Origin: Candidatus Latescibacterota bacterium
GTDB lineage: Bacteria > Latescibacterota > UBA2968 > UBA8231
Reading direction: 5' to 3'
NCBI GenBank assembly: GCA_965223905.1
Contig: CBDCXV010000009.1
Location: 96,001-160,000 of the forward strand
Length of the DNA stretch: 64,000 nt
Below are positions 50,537 to 60,320 of this stretch, in pieces. Both the position numbers and the translations under genes were made by a program. Every line of letters begins with the position of its first letter. The first letter of the stretch is position 1. The notes under the pieces were generated by a model that had not been told where the DNA came from, did not search any database, and saw only the letters and a program-made list of their open reading frames with translations.

Positions 50537-51810
50537 TATATCGACTCCTCGCGTATTTCGGCGCGTTCGCCAAGGTACTCGAATATCTTTTCGTTCTCCA
50601 ACTCCCGCCTGACATCGTCGGCTCGGGGGGATCTTTTCAGGTCGGCCGCCTTAAATCCGAGCTGTTGCGCCCGTTCTTCGAAGAAATCGGCGGTCTCTTC
50701 CTCGGTGACCTCGAGGTTCAGCTTCTTTCTCAACCCATCCAGCAGCAGTGAAGTCTTCAGGTTCCTGATAATGGCGGTCCGCTCCTCGCCTGTAATCTCG
50801 GGATGTTCTTCATGTTCATCGTGATGTTCGTGTTCGGCCTCCCGTTCCTCCTTCATTCTCTCGATATAGCTCTCTACCAGACGGTCCGGCAGGTCGAACG
50901 GGTTGCCCCTGATGAGGCCGTCGATCAGATCGCTCCTCTCCTTTCGCCGCGCCAGGGAATTCCAGGTTTCCTGAAGCTGCCCGCGCAGGTACTCGCGCAG
51001 CGCCTCGAGACTGTCGAACCGGTCCCCGAGGTCCTTGGCTAACTCGTCGTCCAGCTCGGGAAGGGTGCGCTCCCGGACCTCCCTGGCGGTTACGTTGAAA
51101 GACCGCTTCTGTCCGGCGAGATCCTGATTGGGCAGATCCTCCCGGTAGGAGAAGTCGACGCGCCGTTCTTCGCCGGCGCGGATCCCGATGAGAGCCTCTT
51201 CGAACTGCGGGCTCGGGGCGTCGTCGGAGCCGATGAGGAAATACCGCTCCTCGTAGCGGTCGCCGACCAGGGCCACTCCCTCCTCGGTGACCCCCTGCAG
51301 GTCGGCAATGAGCACGTCCCCCTTTTCGAGAGACCGCTCCACCGACATCTCGGTGGCGTTACGCTGCCGCAGCTTGTCGAGCTCGCCGTTGACCTCCTCG
51401 TCGCCGACCCCGTGGGTCATCCTGGAAACCGCGAGCCCTTCGTAGTTCTCGACATCGATCTGCGGCCAGATGTCCATGGTGGCCTTGAAAGTGAGAGGCT
51501 TTCCGGGCTCGTGTTGATCCATGGAGATCGTCGGGGTGCTGGCCGGCACGATGTCGGCCGCCTGTGCGGCCTCGTGCACCAGGTCCGGAAGCAGGCGGGT
51601 GACCACGTCGTGGCGAATCGATGCGCCGTATCGCGACTCGATGACGCGCATAGGCACCTTGCCTTTGCGAAACCCGGGGATTTCGAGCCTTTTGCGGTAC
51701 TTGCGGACGGCGGTGGCCACTTCCGAGTCGATGCGTTCGGCCGGGACCTCGACCTCAAGCTCGCGTTCCCACTGCCCTTTTTCGATTACGTTGGTTCTGA
51801 CTTCCGACAA
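50536..51810 (-). CDS. tig: Trigger factor
   Basis: [10 protein letters not shown] ribosome-binding motif, FEEALIG, LPELDDE; tig-clpP-clpX order. Confidence 0.95.
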   Translation of the reverse strand: MSEVRTNVIEKGQWERELEVEVPAERIDSEVATAVRKYRKRLEIPGFRKGKVPMRVIESRYGASIRHDVVTRLLPDLVHEAAQAADIVPASTPTISMDQHEPGKPLTFKATMDIWPQIDVENYEGLAVSRMTHGVGDEEVNGELDKLRQRNATEMSVERSLEKGDVLIADLQGVTEEGVALVGDRYEERYFLIGSDDAPSPQFEEALIGIRAGEERRVDFSYREDLPNQDLAGQKRSFNVTAREVRERTLPELDDELAKDLGDRFDSLEALREYLRGQLQETWNSLARRKERSDLIDGLIRGNPFDLPDRLVESYIERMKEEREAEHEHHDEHEEHPEITGEERTAIIRNLKTSLLLDGLRKKLNLEVTEEETADFFEERAQQLGFKAADLKRSPRADDVRRELENEKIFEYLGERAEIREESI

Positions 51811-51940
51811 GGGGGACCTTGAAGTTTATGTGGATTTAGTTAAAAAAACCGGTTCCGTGGATGGTTCGGCAAAGATGAATGAGGGGCAGCGGCGCGACTT
51901 TGGTTTGGGCCGCGCAGTTCGTGGGGTGGAGTGTTTTCCG

Positions 51941-52024
51941 TGCGGAAGGGGGGACTCGAACCCCCAAGCCCGTTAGGGCACCAGATCCTAAATCTGGCGC
52001 GTCTGCCAGTTCCGCCACTCCCGC
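51941..52024 (-). tRNA. tRNA-Leu (anticodon TAG), CCA not encoded
   Basis: GCGGGAG acceptor, D-arm TGGCGGAACTGGCAGACGC, anticodon arm CCAGA-TTTAGGA-TCTGG, long variable arm, GGGGG-TTCGAGT-CCCCC. Confidence 0.96.
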
Positions 52025-52051
52025 TTGCGACCTGCTGTTTTTTGCCTCCAA

Positions 52052-52089
52052 CTAAAATTACCAACGCCCCGAGCGGAACGTTGGTAATT
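52052..52089 (-). terminator. Hairpin/terminator downstream of glyQS
   Basis: 11-bp inverted repeat AATTACCAACG/CGTTGGTAATT with T-rich tail on the minus strand. Confidence 0.5.
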
Positions 52090-52127
52090 GGTTGAATTCG
52101 GAAATATAGGTTTGGGCCTCTAGGGGG

Positions 52128-53528
52128 TCAAGATAAGGAGGGCTGGCTCGAGCCCGGATCCGGGTGCCTCCAGCTGGCGGTTCGGTGGGCGATTTCAGCG
52201 CCGAGGCTGTCCATGGCAACGCGGTCCTGTTCCATGGAATCCCGTTCCCGAAGGGTGACCGTTCCGTCTTCGAGGGTCTGCGAATCGACGGTCAGGCAGA
52301 ACGGGGTGCCGACTTCGTCCATGCGGCGATAGCGGCGCCCGATAGCCCCCCCCTCGTCGTAGAAAACGCGAAACTCGGAACGCAGGTCTTCGACGATCCG
52401 GCGCGCCACGTCCGGCATGCCGTCCCGCTTTACCAGGGGCAGGACGGCTGCCTTGATCGGGGCGATTTTCGGGTGGAAGCGCATCACCACACGTCTGTCG
52501 CCCCTGACCTCCTCTTCGCTGTAGGCGTTGACCAGGCACATCATAGCGGAACGGGTGGCGCCGACCGCGGTTTCCACCACCGCCGGCAATACCTTCTCGC
52601 GCGATTCCTCGTTGAAGTAGCGCAGGGCCTTTCCCGAGAACTCCTCGTGCCGGCCGAGGTCGAACTGCCCTCGGTTGTGGACCCCTTCGATTTCCCCCCA
52701 CCCGAATGGAAACTCGTACTGGATGTCGAATGCCGCACTGGCGTAATGGGCGAGCTCGGCGCCGACATGTTCATGCCAGCGCATTCGCGCCTCCGGGATC
52801 CCGAGCTCGACGAACCACTTCCAGCGCTGCTCCTTCCAGTACTCGAACCATACGTCCTCGGTTCCCGGCTGGACGAAGTACTGCATCTCCATCTGCTCGA
52901 ATTCCCGCACGCGGAACAAGAAATTCCTGGTGTTGATCTCGTTGCGAAACGACTTGCCGATCTGGGCGATGCCGAAAGGCAGTTTCTGGCGCATTGCGGT
53001 CTGCACGTTGAGGAAGTTGACGAAGATCCCCTGCGCGGTTTCCGGCCGCAGGTAGGTGACGGAGGCATCGTCCTCAACGGGGCCGACGTGGGTCTTGAAC
53101 ATCAGGTTGAAATGGCGCGGCTCGGAGAGCTCGTTTCCCCTCGGGCTTCTCAGGCCGAGCTCGGCGAGCTTCGCCGACATCTCCTCGAAGCTCCAGCCGG
53201 TGGGGTCGACGCCGTTCTCCTCGAGAACGTGATCGAGACGGAAACGCTCGTGGGTTTTCTTGTCTTCGACGAGAGGGTCGTGAAAACCGTCGACGTGCCC
53301 GGAAGCCTCCCATACCCGCGGGTGCATCAGAATGCTGGCGTCTATACCCTCGACGTCCTCGCGATAGGTCATCGCCCGCCACCACGATTCCTTGACGTTG
53401 CGCAGCAGCTCGGCGCCGAGCGGACCGTAGTCCCAGCAGCCGTTGAGGCCGCCGTAGATCTCGGAGCTCTGAAAAATGAACCCTTTGCGTTTGCACAGGG
53501 ACACGATCTTTTCCATTACCTGTTCCAT
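52128..53528 (-). CDS. glyQS: Glycine--tRNA ligase (dimeric alpha2 type)
   Basis: SEIYGG, YLRPETAQGIF, GKSFRNEI, REFEQME, IGRRYRRMDEVGTP. Confidence 0.96.
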   Translation of the reverse strand: MEQVMEKIVSLCKRKGFIFQSSEIYGGLNGCWDYGPLGAELLRNVKESWWRAMTYREDVEGIDASILMHPRVWEASGHVDGFHDPLVEDKKTHERFRLDHVLEENGVDPTGWSFEEMSAKLAELGLRSPRGNELSEPRHFNLMFKTHVGPVEDDASVTYLRPETAQGIFVNFLNVQTAMRQKLPFGIAQIGKSFRNEINTRNFLFRVREFEQMEMQYFVQPGTEDVWFEYWKEQRWKWFVELGIPEARMRWHEHVGAELAHYASAAFDIQYEFPFGWGEIEGVHNRGQFDLGRHEEFSGKALRYFNEESREKVLPAVVETAVGATRSAMMCLVNAYSEEEVRGDRRVVMRFHPKIAPIKAAVLPLVKRDGMPDVARRIVEDLRSEFRVFYDEGGAIGRRYRRMDEVGTPFCLTVDSQTLEDGTVTLRERDSMEQDRVAMDSLGAEIAHRTASWRHPDPGSSQPSLS

Positions 53529-53541
53529 ACCTGCCGATTCC

Positions 53542-54387
53542 TCAATGCAAGAATTCGAGGGCCTTCAGGCGGCCGCCCGCGCCCCCGTGGTACTCGAGAA
53601 AACCGCCGAGCATCGCGCGTATCTCCCCGCATCCGGGAGGCTCCGGCGGAATCGCTTCTTTACGATACATGCGGATGTTCTGCAGGCGCGCGAGAAAGCC
53701 GAGGCTGTCTCCGGCGACGCGGTGACCGCCGCTGCGGGAGTAGCGCGCCCGTGCAGTTTCATGCGTATCGCCGTCTATTGCTCCTCCCGCGAGGTAGCCG
53801 TCATCCTCCGGGACGGCCTCGGCGCGGTGGCAGTCGCCGCACAGGCCGCCGCCGAGTCCGGCGCTGAAGTAGGGTGCTTCGCAACCGGAGAGCGCGGCGT
53901 TGCAGGAAACGCAGCCGCTGAGCTCGGGCCGGTACCCCAACGCCTCGGCGAGGCGCAGCTGAAAGTACCAGAACAGCGACTCGATCTGTTCCGGCTCCAC
54001 CTCCTCGAGAGCGGCAAGTACACCGGTCAGACATCTGTAGAGCCGCAGATTCGGCTCCTGCTCGATGGTGATGCGGTCGACCGACTCGCATGCTGCGCTG
54101 GCGAATGACAGACGCCGGTAATCGCGCAGCAGGGCGGGGAACGACTGCAGGACGTCGCATTCGCTCAGGATCTGCAGTTCGCGATCCTCCCGCATGTAGC
54201 AGACGGCCTGCATTTCCGTCATCACCTCGAGGGCAGCGCCGAACTTGCTCTTCGGGCGGCGGGCCCCTTTCGCGGTAACCTTCAGCTTGCCGAACTCCTC
54301 GGAGTAGAGGGTCACCAACTTGCTCGTCTCTCCCATGCGCCGGGTGCGGACGACGACGGCCCGTGTCTTGACGATCTGCCTTCCCAC
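53542..54387 (-). CDS. recO: DNA repair protein RecO
   Basis: ETSKLVTLYS..GK..AKGAR, GYRPELSGCVSC...GGGLCGDC zinc motif. Confidence 0.92.
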   Translation of the reverse strand: MGRQIVKTRAVVVRTRRMGETSKLVTLYSEEFGKLKVTAKGARRPKSKFGAALEVMTEMQAVCYMREDRELQILSECDVLQSFPALLRDYRRLSFASAACESVDRITIEQEPNLRLYRCLTGVLAALEEVEPEQIESLFWYFQLRLAEALGYRPELSGCVSCNAALSGCEAPYFSAGLGGGLCGDCHRAEAVPEDDGYLAGGAIDGDTHETARARYSRSGGHRVAGDSLGFLARLQNIRMYRKEAIPPEPPGCGEIRAMLGGFLEYHGGAGGRLKALEFLH

Positions 54388-54390
54388 TCT

Positions 54391-54717
54391 CTATTCGGCC
54401 TTTCCAGTCTCTTCCGGGATGCGGTAGACCTCTTCTCCCGGTTTCTTCATACCGTATTCCTCGCGCGCCACTTTTTCGAGATATCCGATGTCGCTCCGCA
54501 ACAGTTCCAGCTGGGTGCGCAGACTGTCGTTCTGGGCGCGCAGCGCGTTGACCTCATTCCTGAGTAGCTGCAGCTCGGTGCGCCGCGCCTCCACCTGCAG
54601 GTAGCCGCTCTCTCCCGCGACCAGTATGTACACGCCGCCAGCGAAGAGGGCGAGAAACAAAAGCTGTTTCCACCTGCGGTGGGATCGCGCCGCCAGCTTG
54701 TCGTTGCCGCGGTTCAT
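54391..54717 (-). CDS. ftsB: Septum formation initiator FtsB/DivIC
   Basis: One TM, coiled coil, LEKVAREEYGMKKPGE. Confidence 0.85.
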   Translation of the reverse strand: MNRGNDKLAARSHRRWKQLLFLALFAGGVYILVAGESGYLQVEARRTELQLLRNEVNALRAQNDSLRTQLELLRSDIGYLEKVAREEYGMKKPGEEVYRIPEETGKAE

Positions 54718-54726
54718 ACAAGTCGC

Positions 54727-55899
54727 TTAGAAAAGCACGAGATCGTCCCGGTGAATCACCTCGATGGCGGGCCGTCCCAGCACCGCTTCCACGTCGGCGG
54801 AGCTCTTTCCCAGTACGCGGGCGATCTCCGCGGAGTCGTATCGAGTCAGCCCGCGCGCGACCTCCGCTTTGCCGCGGTTCTCGACCCGGATGACGTCGCC
54901 CGGCTTGAACTCGCCGCTGCAGCCGATTACGCCGGCGACCAGCAGGCTCTTGCCCAGATCGCGGATGGCGCGCTCGGCCCCCCTGTCGATGGCGACGCTC
55001 CCCTTGCAGGGTGAGGCGAATCCGATCCAGCGCTTGCGGCTGCGGAGGCGCTTGCGCGAGGGAAGGAACAGCGTGCCGAGTTTCCGCCCCGCGAGGATCT
55101 CCGGCAGGCGGTGCTTGCGGGCGTGGGCGATCACCGTCATCTCTCCGCACCTCATCAACAGACGCGCGGCGCGGATCTTGGTATGCATTCCGCCGCGGCC
55201 GAGATGGTTGCTCGAGGTGCCGACAACGGTCTCGATGTCGGTATCCTCCTCCACCTCGGCGATAACCTCTCCGCAAGGACCTTCGCGCCCGTAGGAAGGG
55301 AACAGCCCCTCGACGTCGGAGAGAATCACGAGCAGCTCGGCGTGGACGAGGTTGGCGACATACGCCGCCAAGGAGTCGTTTTCACCGATCGTCAGCTTGA
55401 GCTCGGCGACGGCGACGCTGTCGTTTTCGTTTATCACCGGAACGGCGCCGAAGGAGAAAAGGGAACGGAAAGTATTGCGAAGGTTGAGGTAGCGACGGCG
55501 GTCGTCGAGGATGTCCTCGGCAGTGAGAAGCACCTGGCCGACGGCGATGCCGTGGCGCTTGAAAGCCGCCTCGTAGCGGTTCATCAGCAAGCTCTGTCCG
55601 ATGGCCGCAGCTGCCTGCAGATCGGCGATGGGGCCCGGCCTCTCTCCCAGGCCGAGGCGGCCCATTCCGGCGGCCACCGCGCCGGAAGAGACGATCGCGA
55701 CCTCCAATCCCTGCCGGTGAAGCGCGGCGACGTCGCCGGCCAGTTGGTTGATGACCTTGCCGTCGAGATGGCTGGAACTGCCCCGGGTAAGGCTGCTGCT
55801 GCCGATCTTGACGACCAGGCGTTTGACCCGCCGCAGGCGCTCGCGGCCTGTTGCCGGTGCCGCGGCTTTCTGTTCCTCGAGAGATTCGACGTCAGTCAC
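54727..55899 (-). CDS. proB: Glutamate 5-kinase
   Basis: [29 protein letters not shown]-terminal PUA domain. Confidence 0.96.
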   Translation of the reverse strand: MTDVESLEEQKAAAPATGRERLRRVKRLVVKIGSSSLTRGSSSHLDGKVINQLAGDVAALHRQGLEVAIVSSGAVAAGMGRLGLGERPGPIADLQAAAAIGQSLLMNRYEAAFKRHGIAVGQVLLTAEDILDDRRRYLNLRNTFRSLFSFGAVPVINENDSVAVAELKLTIGENDSLAAYVANLVHAELLVILSDVEGLFPSYGREGPCGEVIAEVEEDTDIETVVGTSSNHLGRGGMHTKIRAARLLMRCGEMTVIAHARKHRLPEILAGRKLGTLFLPSRKRLRSRKRWIGFASPCKGSVAIDRGAERAIRDLGKSLLVAGVIGCSGEFKPGDVIRVENRGKAEVARGLTRYDSAEIARVLGKSSADVEAVLGRPAIEVIHRDDLVLF

Positions 55900-56684
55900 T
55901 GGCAGTCAGGGACCTGGGGGCCGCGTACCAGGACGCCCCGCTCATCGAGAAAGCTCTTTACTTCGGGAATGCTGTACTCTTCGTAGTGGAAGATAGAAGC
56001 GGCGAGGGCGGCAGACGCCCTGCCCTCGGTCAGCACCTCGTAGATATGCGCGCAGTTGCCGCAACCTCCCGAGGCGACGATGGGGACGTCGACGCGCCCG
56101 GCGACGGTGCGGTTCAGCTCGAGGTCGTACCCTTCGCGCGTTCCGTCTGCGTCGATGCTGTTGAGCACGAGCTCTCCGGCGCCGCGGTCGACGAGTTCCT
56201 TCACCCAGTCGACGGCATCTAGCCCGGTCGCTTTGCGCCCCCCGTTGACGTAGATCTCCCAGGTGGGCTGATCGCCTCCGGAGGTGCGCAGGGCGTCGAT
56301 GGCCCCGACGATGCACTGACTGCCGAAGCTCTCGGCGCTCTCGTTGATGATGTCGGGGTTCTCAACCGCGGCGGAGTTGATCGATACCTTGTCGGCCCCC
56401 GACTTGAGGATCTCTCGTACATCCGCGAAGGTGCGGATACCGCCGCCGACGGTGAGCGGGATGAAAACCTGCTCGGAAACCTGCTGCACCAGGTCCATCA
56501 CGATGGCGCGGCCGTCAGCCGACGCCGTGATATCGTAAAAGACCAGTTCGTCGGCGCCTTCGGCGTCGTAGCGCGTCGCCAGCTCGACGGGATCGCCGGC
56601 GTCCCGGTCGGCGGAAAACTTAACCCCGCGAACGTTGCGGCCGTCCTTTACGTCGAGGCAGGGTATGATCCGCTTGGCCAGCAT
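55896..56684 (-). CDS. hisF: Imidazole glycerol phosphate synthase subunit HisF
   Basis: [41 protein letters not shown]. Confidence 0.97.
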   Translation of the reverse strand: MLAKRIIPCLDVKDGRNVRGVKFSADRDAGDPVELATRYDAEGADELVFYDITASADGRAIVMDLVQQVSEQVFIPLTVGGGIRTFADVREILKSGADKVSINSAAVENPDIINESAESFGSQCIVGAIDALRTSGGDQPTWEIYVNGGRKATGLDAVDWVKELVDRGAGELVLNSIDADGTREGYDLELNRTVAGRVDVPIVASGGCGNCAHIYEVLTEGRASAALAASIFHYEEYSIPEVKSFLDERGVLVRGPQVPDCQ

Positions 56685-56687
56685 CGG

Positions 56688-57290
56688 TCAGTTGGCGGCT
56701 GCGAAGTTGCGCAGCAGCCTCAACCCGACATGCTGGCTTTTTTCGGGATGGAACTGCACCCCCCACATGTTTTCGCGAGCGGCTATGGAGGTATAGTCCA
56801 ACCCGTAGTCCGTCGTCGCCAGGCAGTCGCTCGATTCTTCGCAGTCGACGTAGTACGAATGGACGAAATAGAAAAAGCTGCCTTCGGCAACGCCGTCGAG
56901 CAGGTCGTCTTCTTTTTTAATGGCGATCTGGTTCCAGCCGATTTGCGGCACTCGTTCACCGCTCGGAAATCGCACCACGCGTCCGGGCAGCATGGACAGC
57001 CCGCGATGCCTGCCGCGTTCCTCGCTCTCGGCGAACATAAGCTGCAGTCCGACGCAGATACCGAGAAACGGTTTTCCCGCTTCCACCTCGCGCAGCAGGA
57101 AATCATCCCAACCGCGCTCGCGCAGGTTGCGCATGGCATCTCCGAATGCGGCGTCTCCGGGCAACACGAGGTGGCTGGCGTCGCGCGCTTCGACCGGCTG
57201 TTCGACGATGGCGGCATCGAACCCGAGGTACTCGAAAGCCTTCTGCACACTGCGCAGGTTGCCCATTCCGTAGTCGATGACGGCGATCAT
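56688..57290 (-). CDS. hisH: Imidazole glycerol phosphate synthase subunit HisH
   Basis: IDYGMGNLRSV, LGICVGLQ, YFVHSY, QFHPEKS. Confidence 0.97.
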   Translation of the reverse strand: MIAVIDYGMGNLRSVQKAFEYLGFDAAIVEQPVEARDASHLVLPGDAAFGDAMRNLRERGWDDFLLREVEAGKPFLGICVGLQLMFAESEERGRHRGLSMLPGRVVRFPSGERVPQIGWNQIAIKKEDDLLDGVAEGSFFYFVHSYYVDCEESSDCLATTDYGLDYTSIAARENMWGVQFHPEKSQHVGLRLLRNFAAAN

Positions 57291-58096
57291 CGACCCAGCT
57301 CCCGGGAACGAGCCGTGGCGGCCTGCACCGCGCTGACCAGGGCGTCTGCCAGTCCCTTGTCGCGGAGCGCCTGCAGTCCGGCGACCGTTGTGCCGTTCGG
57401 TGAGGTGACTCGAGCTCTCAGGTCGGCAGGTTTCTCTCCTGTCTCGAGGACTGTATGAGCCGCTCCGAGAACTGTCTGGGCGGCAAGGGTAGTGGCGACG
57501 TCACCTGGAAGGCCTACCGAAACCCCTCCCTCAACGAGTGCTTCTATAATTGAATACACGTATGCGGGGCCGCTGCCGGACAACCCGGTTACCGCGTCCA
57601 TCTGATGCTCCTCGACGACGACGGTAGTTCCAACCTGGTCGAACAGTTCCTTGGCGAGCAGCAGCTGTCCTGTTCCGGCGTGTGCTCCGGGGCAGATAGC
57701 AGTTGCTGCGACTCCGGCAAAAGCCAGCAGTTGGGGCATGGAGCGAACGACGGCGACGTTCCCTTCCAACCGCGCTTCGATGGCGGCCGTGGTTACTCCC
57801 GCCATGATGGAGATCAACAACTGCGCCGGGGTGATCGAGGGGGAAAGCCGGTCGATCAAACCGGGAGCGATCTGAGGCTTTACAGCCAACAGAATGATAT
57901 GCTTGTCGGCAATGGCCGCTTCCGGATCGGAGGTGGTTTCCATTCCCAGTTCAGCCAGCGGCGCCAGCGCCGTCTCATCGATGTCGCAGACCGTAATGTT
58001 TTTGGCAGGGAGGCGCTCATGCGACACGATTCCTCGTAGCAGGGCGGCACCCATATTTCCGGCGCCGACTGAAGCGATTTGGCACTGTTCGATCAT
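57287..58096 (-). CDS. proC: Pyrroline-5-carboxylate reductase
   Basis: GAGNMG, LAVKPQ, TGLSGSGPAY, VTSPNGTT. Confidence 0.95.
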   Translation of the reverse strand: MIEQCQIASVGAGNMGAALLRGIVSHERLPAKNITVCDIDETALAPLAELGMETTSDPEAAIADKHIILLAVKPQIAPGLIDRLSPSITPAQLLISIMAGVTTAAIEARLEGNVAVVRSMPQLLAFAGVAATAICPGAHAGTGQLLLAKELFDQVGTTVVVEEHQMDAVTGLSGSGPAYVYSIIEALVEGGVSVGLPGDVATTLAAQTVLGAAHTVLETGEKPADLRARVTSPNGTTVAGLQALRDKGLADALVSAVQAATARSRELGR

Positions 58097-58165
58097 ATCA
58101 GAGGGCGGAACAGACTGGAAGGCGGGATGTACAGTAGGAGGTCCACTCTGGAAAGGTGGCGGTTT

Positions 58166-58194
58166 ATGATAGACTGCACATTGCGGCCTGTCAA
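58166..58194 (-). promoter_or_regulatory. Putative sigma70 promoter of the proC-his-proB operon
   Basis: TTGACA-17 bp-TATCAT on the minus strand. Confidence 0.65.
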
Positions 58195-58305
58195 TTTTCG
58201 GCCCGGTGAGAGATGCCTCAGCAAGGTTATCACAACGAATTGCCGCGATTGGGGAAATGTTGCTCACCAACCCTGTTTCCCAGTCGCGAATGGCACAATT
58301 TCTGC

Positions 58306-58353
58306 TTGACGAATTAGTTTCAGCAATGGTACATTTTCCTTAATGTACCATTG
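58306..58353 (+). promoter_or_regulatory. Putative promoter with overlapping 12-6-12 palindrome
   Basis: TTGACG-18 bp-TACATT (TG extended -10); CAATGGTACATT-TTCCTT-AATGTACCATTG. Confidence 0.6.
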
Positions 58354-58418
58354 GGCAAAGGTTAGGCAATTCGAAGGAGTTGGCATATGCGCCGGACACC
58401 GAGGGAGGAGGTGATCCA

Positions 58419-58499
58419 GTGAAGTCCGGCGGTCCTGTCACCCTGATAGCTTGGATGGGTTCTCGATTGAGCGGGACCAAGCGCCTGCCGCACACGTAA
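58419..58499 (+). CDS. Putative 26-aa upstream ORF (leader peptide)
   Basis: GTG 7 nt after GGAGG of an extended SD; its TAA overlaps the AAGGAG SD of the next gene. Confidence 0.4.
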   Translation: MKSGGPVTLIAWMGSRLSGTKRLPHT

Positions 58500-58511
58500 A
58501 GGAGAAAGAGA

Positions 58512-58979
58512 ATGGCCAAGAAAAAGGCCGCCAAGAAGAAGGCCGTCAAGGAAGCAGTAAAGAAGAAGGCCGCCCCAAAAGCCAAGGTCGCCAAGAAAAA
58601 GGCCGTCAAGGAAGCAGTAAAGAAGAAGGCCGCCCCAAAAGCCAAGGTCGCCAAGAAAAAGGCCGTCAAGAAAGCGGCATCCAAGAAAAAGGCGGCAAAA
58701 AAAAAAGGCGGTAAGAAGAAAGTGAAACGCCAACCAAACTCCGCTTTCATGAAGCCAATGCAGCCGGATGAGGCACTTGGTGCCGTTGTCGGCAACAAAC
58801 CGTTGCCCCGGACGCAGGTGCAGAAGAAGCTGTGGGCTTACATCCGTAAGCACGGGTTGCAGGATGCGAAGAACAGGCGCATGATCAACGCCGACGACAA
58901 GCTCAGGGCTGTCTTCGGCGGCCAGGATCAGGTGAACATGTTCGACATGACCAGGCTGGTCAACGAACGCCTTAGCTAG
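58512..58979 (+). CDS. Histone H1-like Lys/Ala-rich tail fused to SWIB/MDM2 domain
   Basis: AKKKAVK repeats, then NSAFMKPMQPDEALGAVVG, KKLWAYIRKHGLQD, INADDKL, VNMFDMT. Confidence 0.92.
   Translation: MAKKKAAKKKAVKEAVKKKAAPKAKVAKKKAVKEAVKKKAAPKAKVAKKKAVKKAASKKKAAKKKGGKKKVKRQPNSAFMKPMQPDEALGAVVGNKPLPRTQVQKKLWAYIRKHGLQDAKNRRMINADDKLRAVFGGQDQVNMFDMTRLVNERLS
58530..58670 (+). repeat. 60-bp tandem repeat (about 2.3 copies) in the histone-like tail
   Basis: GCCAAGAARAAGGCCGTCAAGGAAGCAGTAAAGAAGAAGGCCGCCCCAAAAGCCAAGGTC, one mismatch between full copies. Confidence 0.95.
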
Positions 58980-59016
58980 ACAACGGTCTGGCAGTCGTCT
59001 GCTACTGCCTGAAATG

Positions 59017-59050
59017 AAAAGGGGCTCTCTTCCGGGAGAGCCCCTTTTCT
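59017..59050 (+). terminator. Rho-independent terminator (possibly bidirectional)
   Basis: AAAAGGGGCTCTC-TTCCGG-GAGAGCCCCTTTT. Confidence 0.88.
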
Positions 59051-59150
59051 CATGTACTCGCAGGGCGGATTGTTGCCAGTTGGAGATCTGCTTCTATATT
59101 CGGATCTCGTCTGCAATGTCGCAGCCGCCACACCATCTCAACACAACAGC

Positions 59151-60239
59151 ATGAAAGCATTGATCGCCCTCGAAGACGGCACTGTTTTCGAGGGCAACGC
59201 CGTCGCCGCCGAGGGCGAGGTTCTCGGCGAAATGGTGTTCAACACCAGCATGACCGGCTACCAGGAGATCCTCACCGATCCTTCCTATGCCGGCCAGATC
59301 GTCGCCATGACCTATCCGCATATCGGCAACTACGGTGTAAACCCTGGCGACGCGGAATCGGAACGTCCCCAAGTAAAGGGATTCGTGATGCGCGATTGCT
59401 GCCGGCGTCCAAGCAACTACGCGGCAACCCAGAGTTTGATCGAATACCTCGTCGAACACGACGTCATCGCTATCGAGGGAATCGATACACGTGAACTCAC
59501 TCGCCGCGTGCGCATACACGGCGTCATGAACGCCGCCATCTCCACCGTCGATCCGGATCCCGAGGATCTCCTTCGGAAAGCTCGCGAGTGGGAGGGTTTG
59601 GAGGGGGTCGACCTCGTTCGCGAGGTCTCCTGCAAATCGCAGTACGTCGTCCCTCCCGAGGGGACCGTCCGTCACCGGGTCGTCGCCTACGATTTCGGCA
59701 TCAAGCGCAACATCATCAAGAAGCTGACGGAGCAGGGGTGCGAGGTCACCGTGTTACCTGCGGCGACGCCTTGCAGCGAGGCGCTTGCACTCGATCCCGA
59801 CGGCATCTTCCTGTCGAACGGGCCGGGGGATCCGCGCGCCGTCGACTACGCCATCAGGACCACCCGGGATCTGGCCGAATCGGGAAAGCCGATCTTCGGC
59901 ATCTGTCTCGGCCACGAGATCCTGGGGCTGGCTTTCGGCGCGGAGATCTTCCATTTGAAGTTCGGGCACCGCGGCGCCAACCAGCCGATCAAGGAGTACG
60001 ACACGGGGCGCATCCTGATCACTTCCGAGAACCACGGCTGGGGCATCAGTCCCGAGAACCTTCCCGAATGTCTGGAGATCACCCGCCAGAACCTCAACGA
60101 CGGTTGCGTCGAAGGCCTGCGTCACCGCGAGCTGCCGGTTTTTTCGATCCAGTGTCACCCGGAAGCATCGCCGGGCCCGCATGACAGCTACCATCTCTTC
60201 GGCTATTTCGCCGAGCTGATGCGGAAGAACGCGGCTTGA
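59151..60239 (+). CDS. carA: Carbamoyl-phosphate synthase small subunit
   Basis: LEDGTVFEG, FNTSMTGYQEILTDPSY, LSNGPGDP, GICLGH, HPEASPGPHD. Confidence 0.97.
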   Translation: MKALIALEDGTVFEGNAVAAEGEVLGEMVFNTSMTGYQEILTDPSYAGQIVAMTYPHIGNYGVNPGDAESERPQVKGFVMRDCCRRPSNYAATQSLIEYLVEHDVIAIEGIDTRELTRRVRIHGVMNAAISTVDPDPEDLLRKAREWEGLEGVDLVREVSCKSQYVVPPEGTVRHRVVAYDFGIKRNIIKKLTEQGCEVTVLPAATPCSEALALDPDGIFLSNGPGDPRAVDYAIRTTRDLAESGKPIFGICLGHEILGLAFGAEIFHLKFGHRGANQPIKEYDTGRILITSENHGWGISPENLPECLEITRQNLNDGCVEGLRHRELPVFSIQCHPEASPGPHDSYHLFGYFAELMRKNAA

Positions 60240-60320
60240 AGCGCAGCGCGCGGATTGCCGTGCGCCGGTTCTGTAGAGAGGAACGCGGGTACGTCCGCGG
60301 GCCAGCCAACCGCCGGACGT

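Noticed and set aside
58324-58353. Chromosomal dif site
   Set aside because: The arms are perfectly symmetric and match the XerC/XerD consensus poorly
58406-58419. Possible 16S rRNA gene fragment on the minus strand
   Set aside because: The match is only 14 nt and the flanks do not resemble 16S; treated as an extended SD instead
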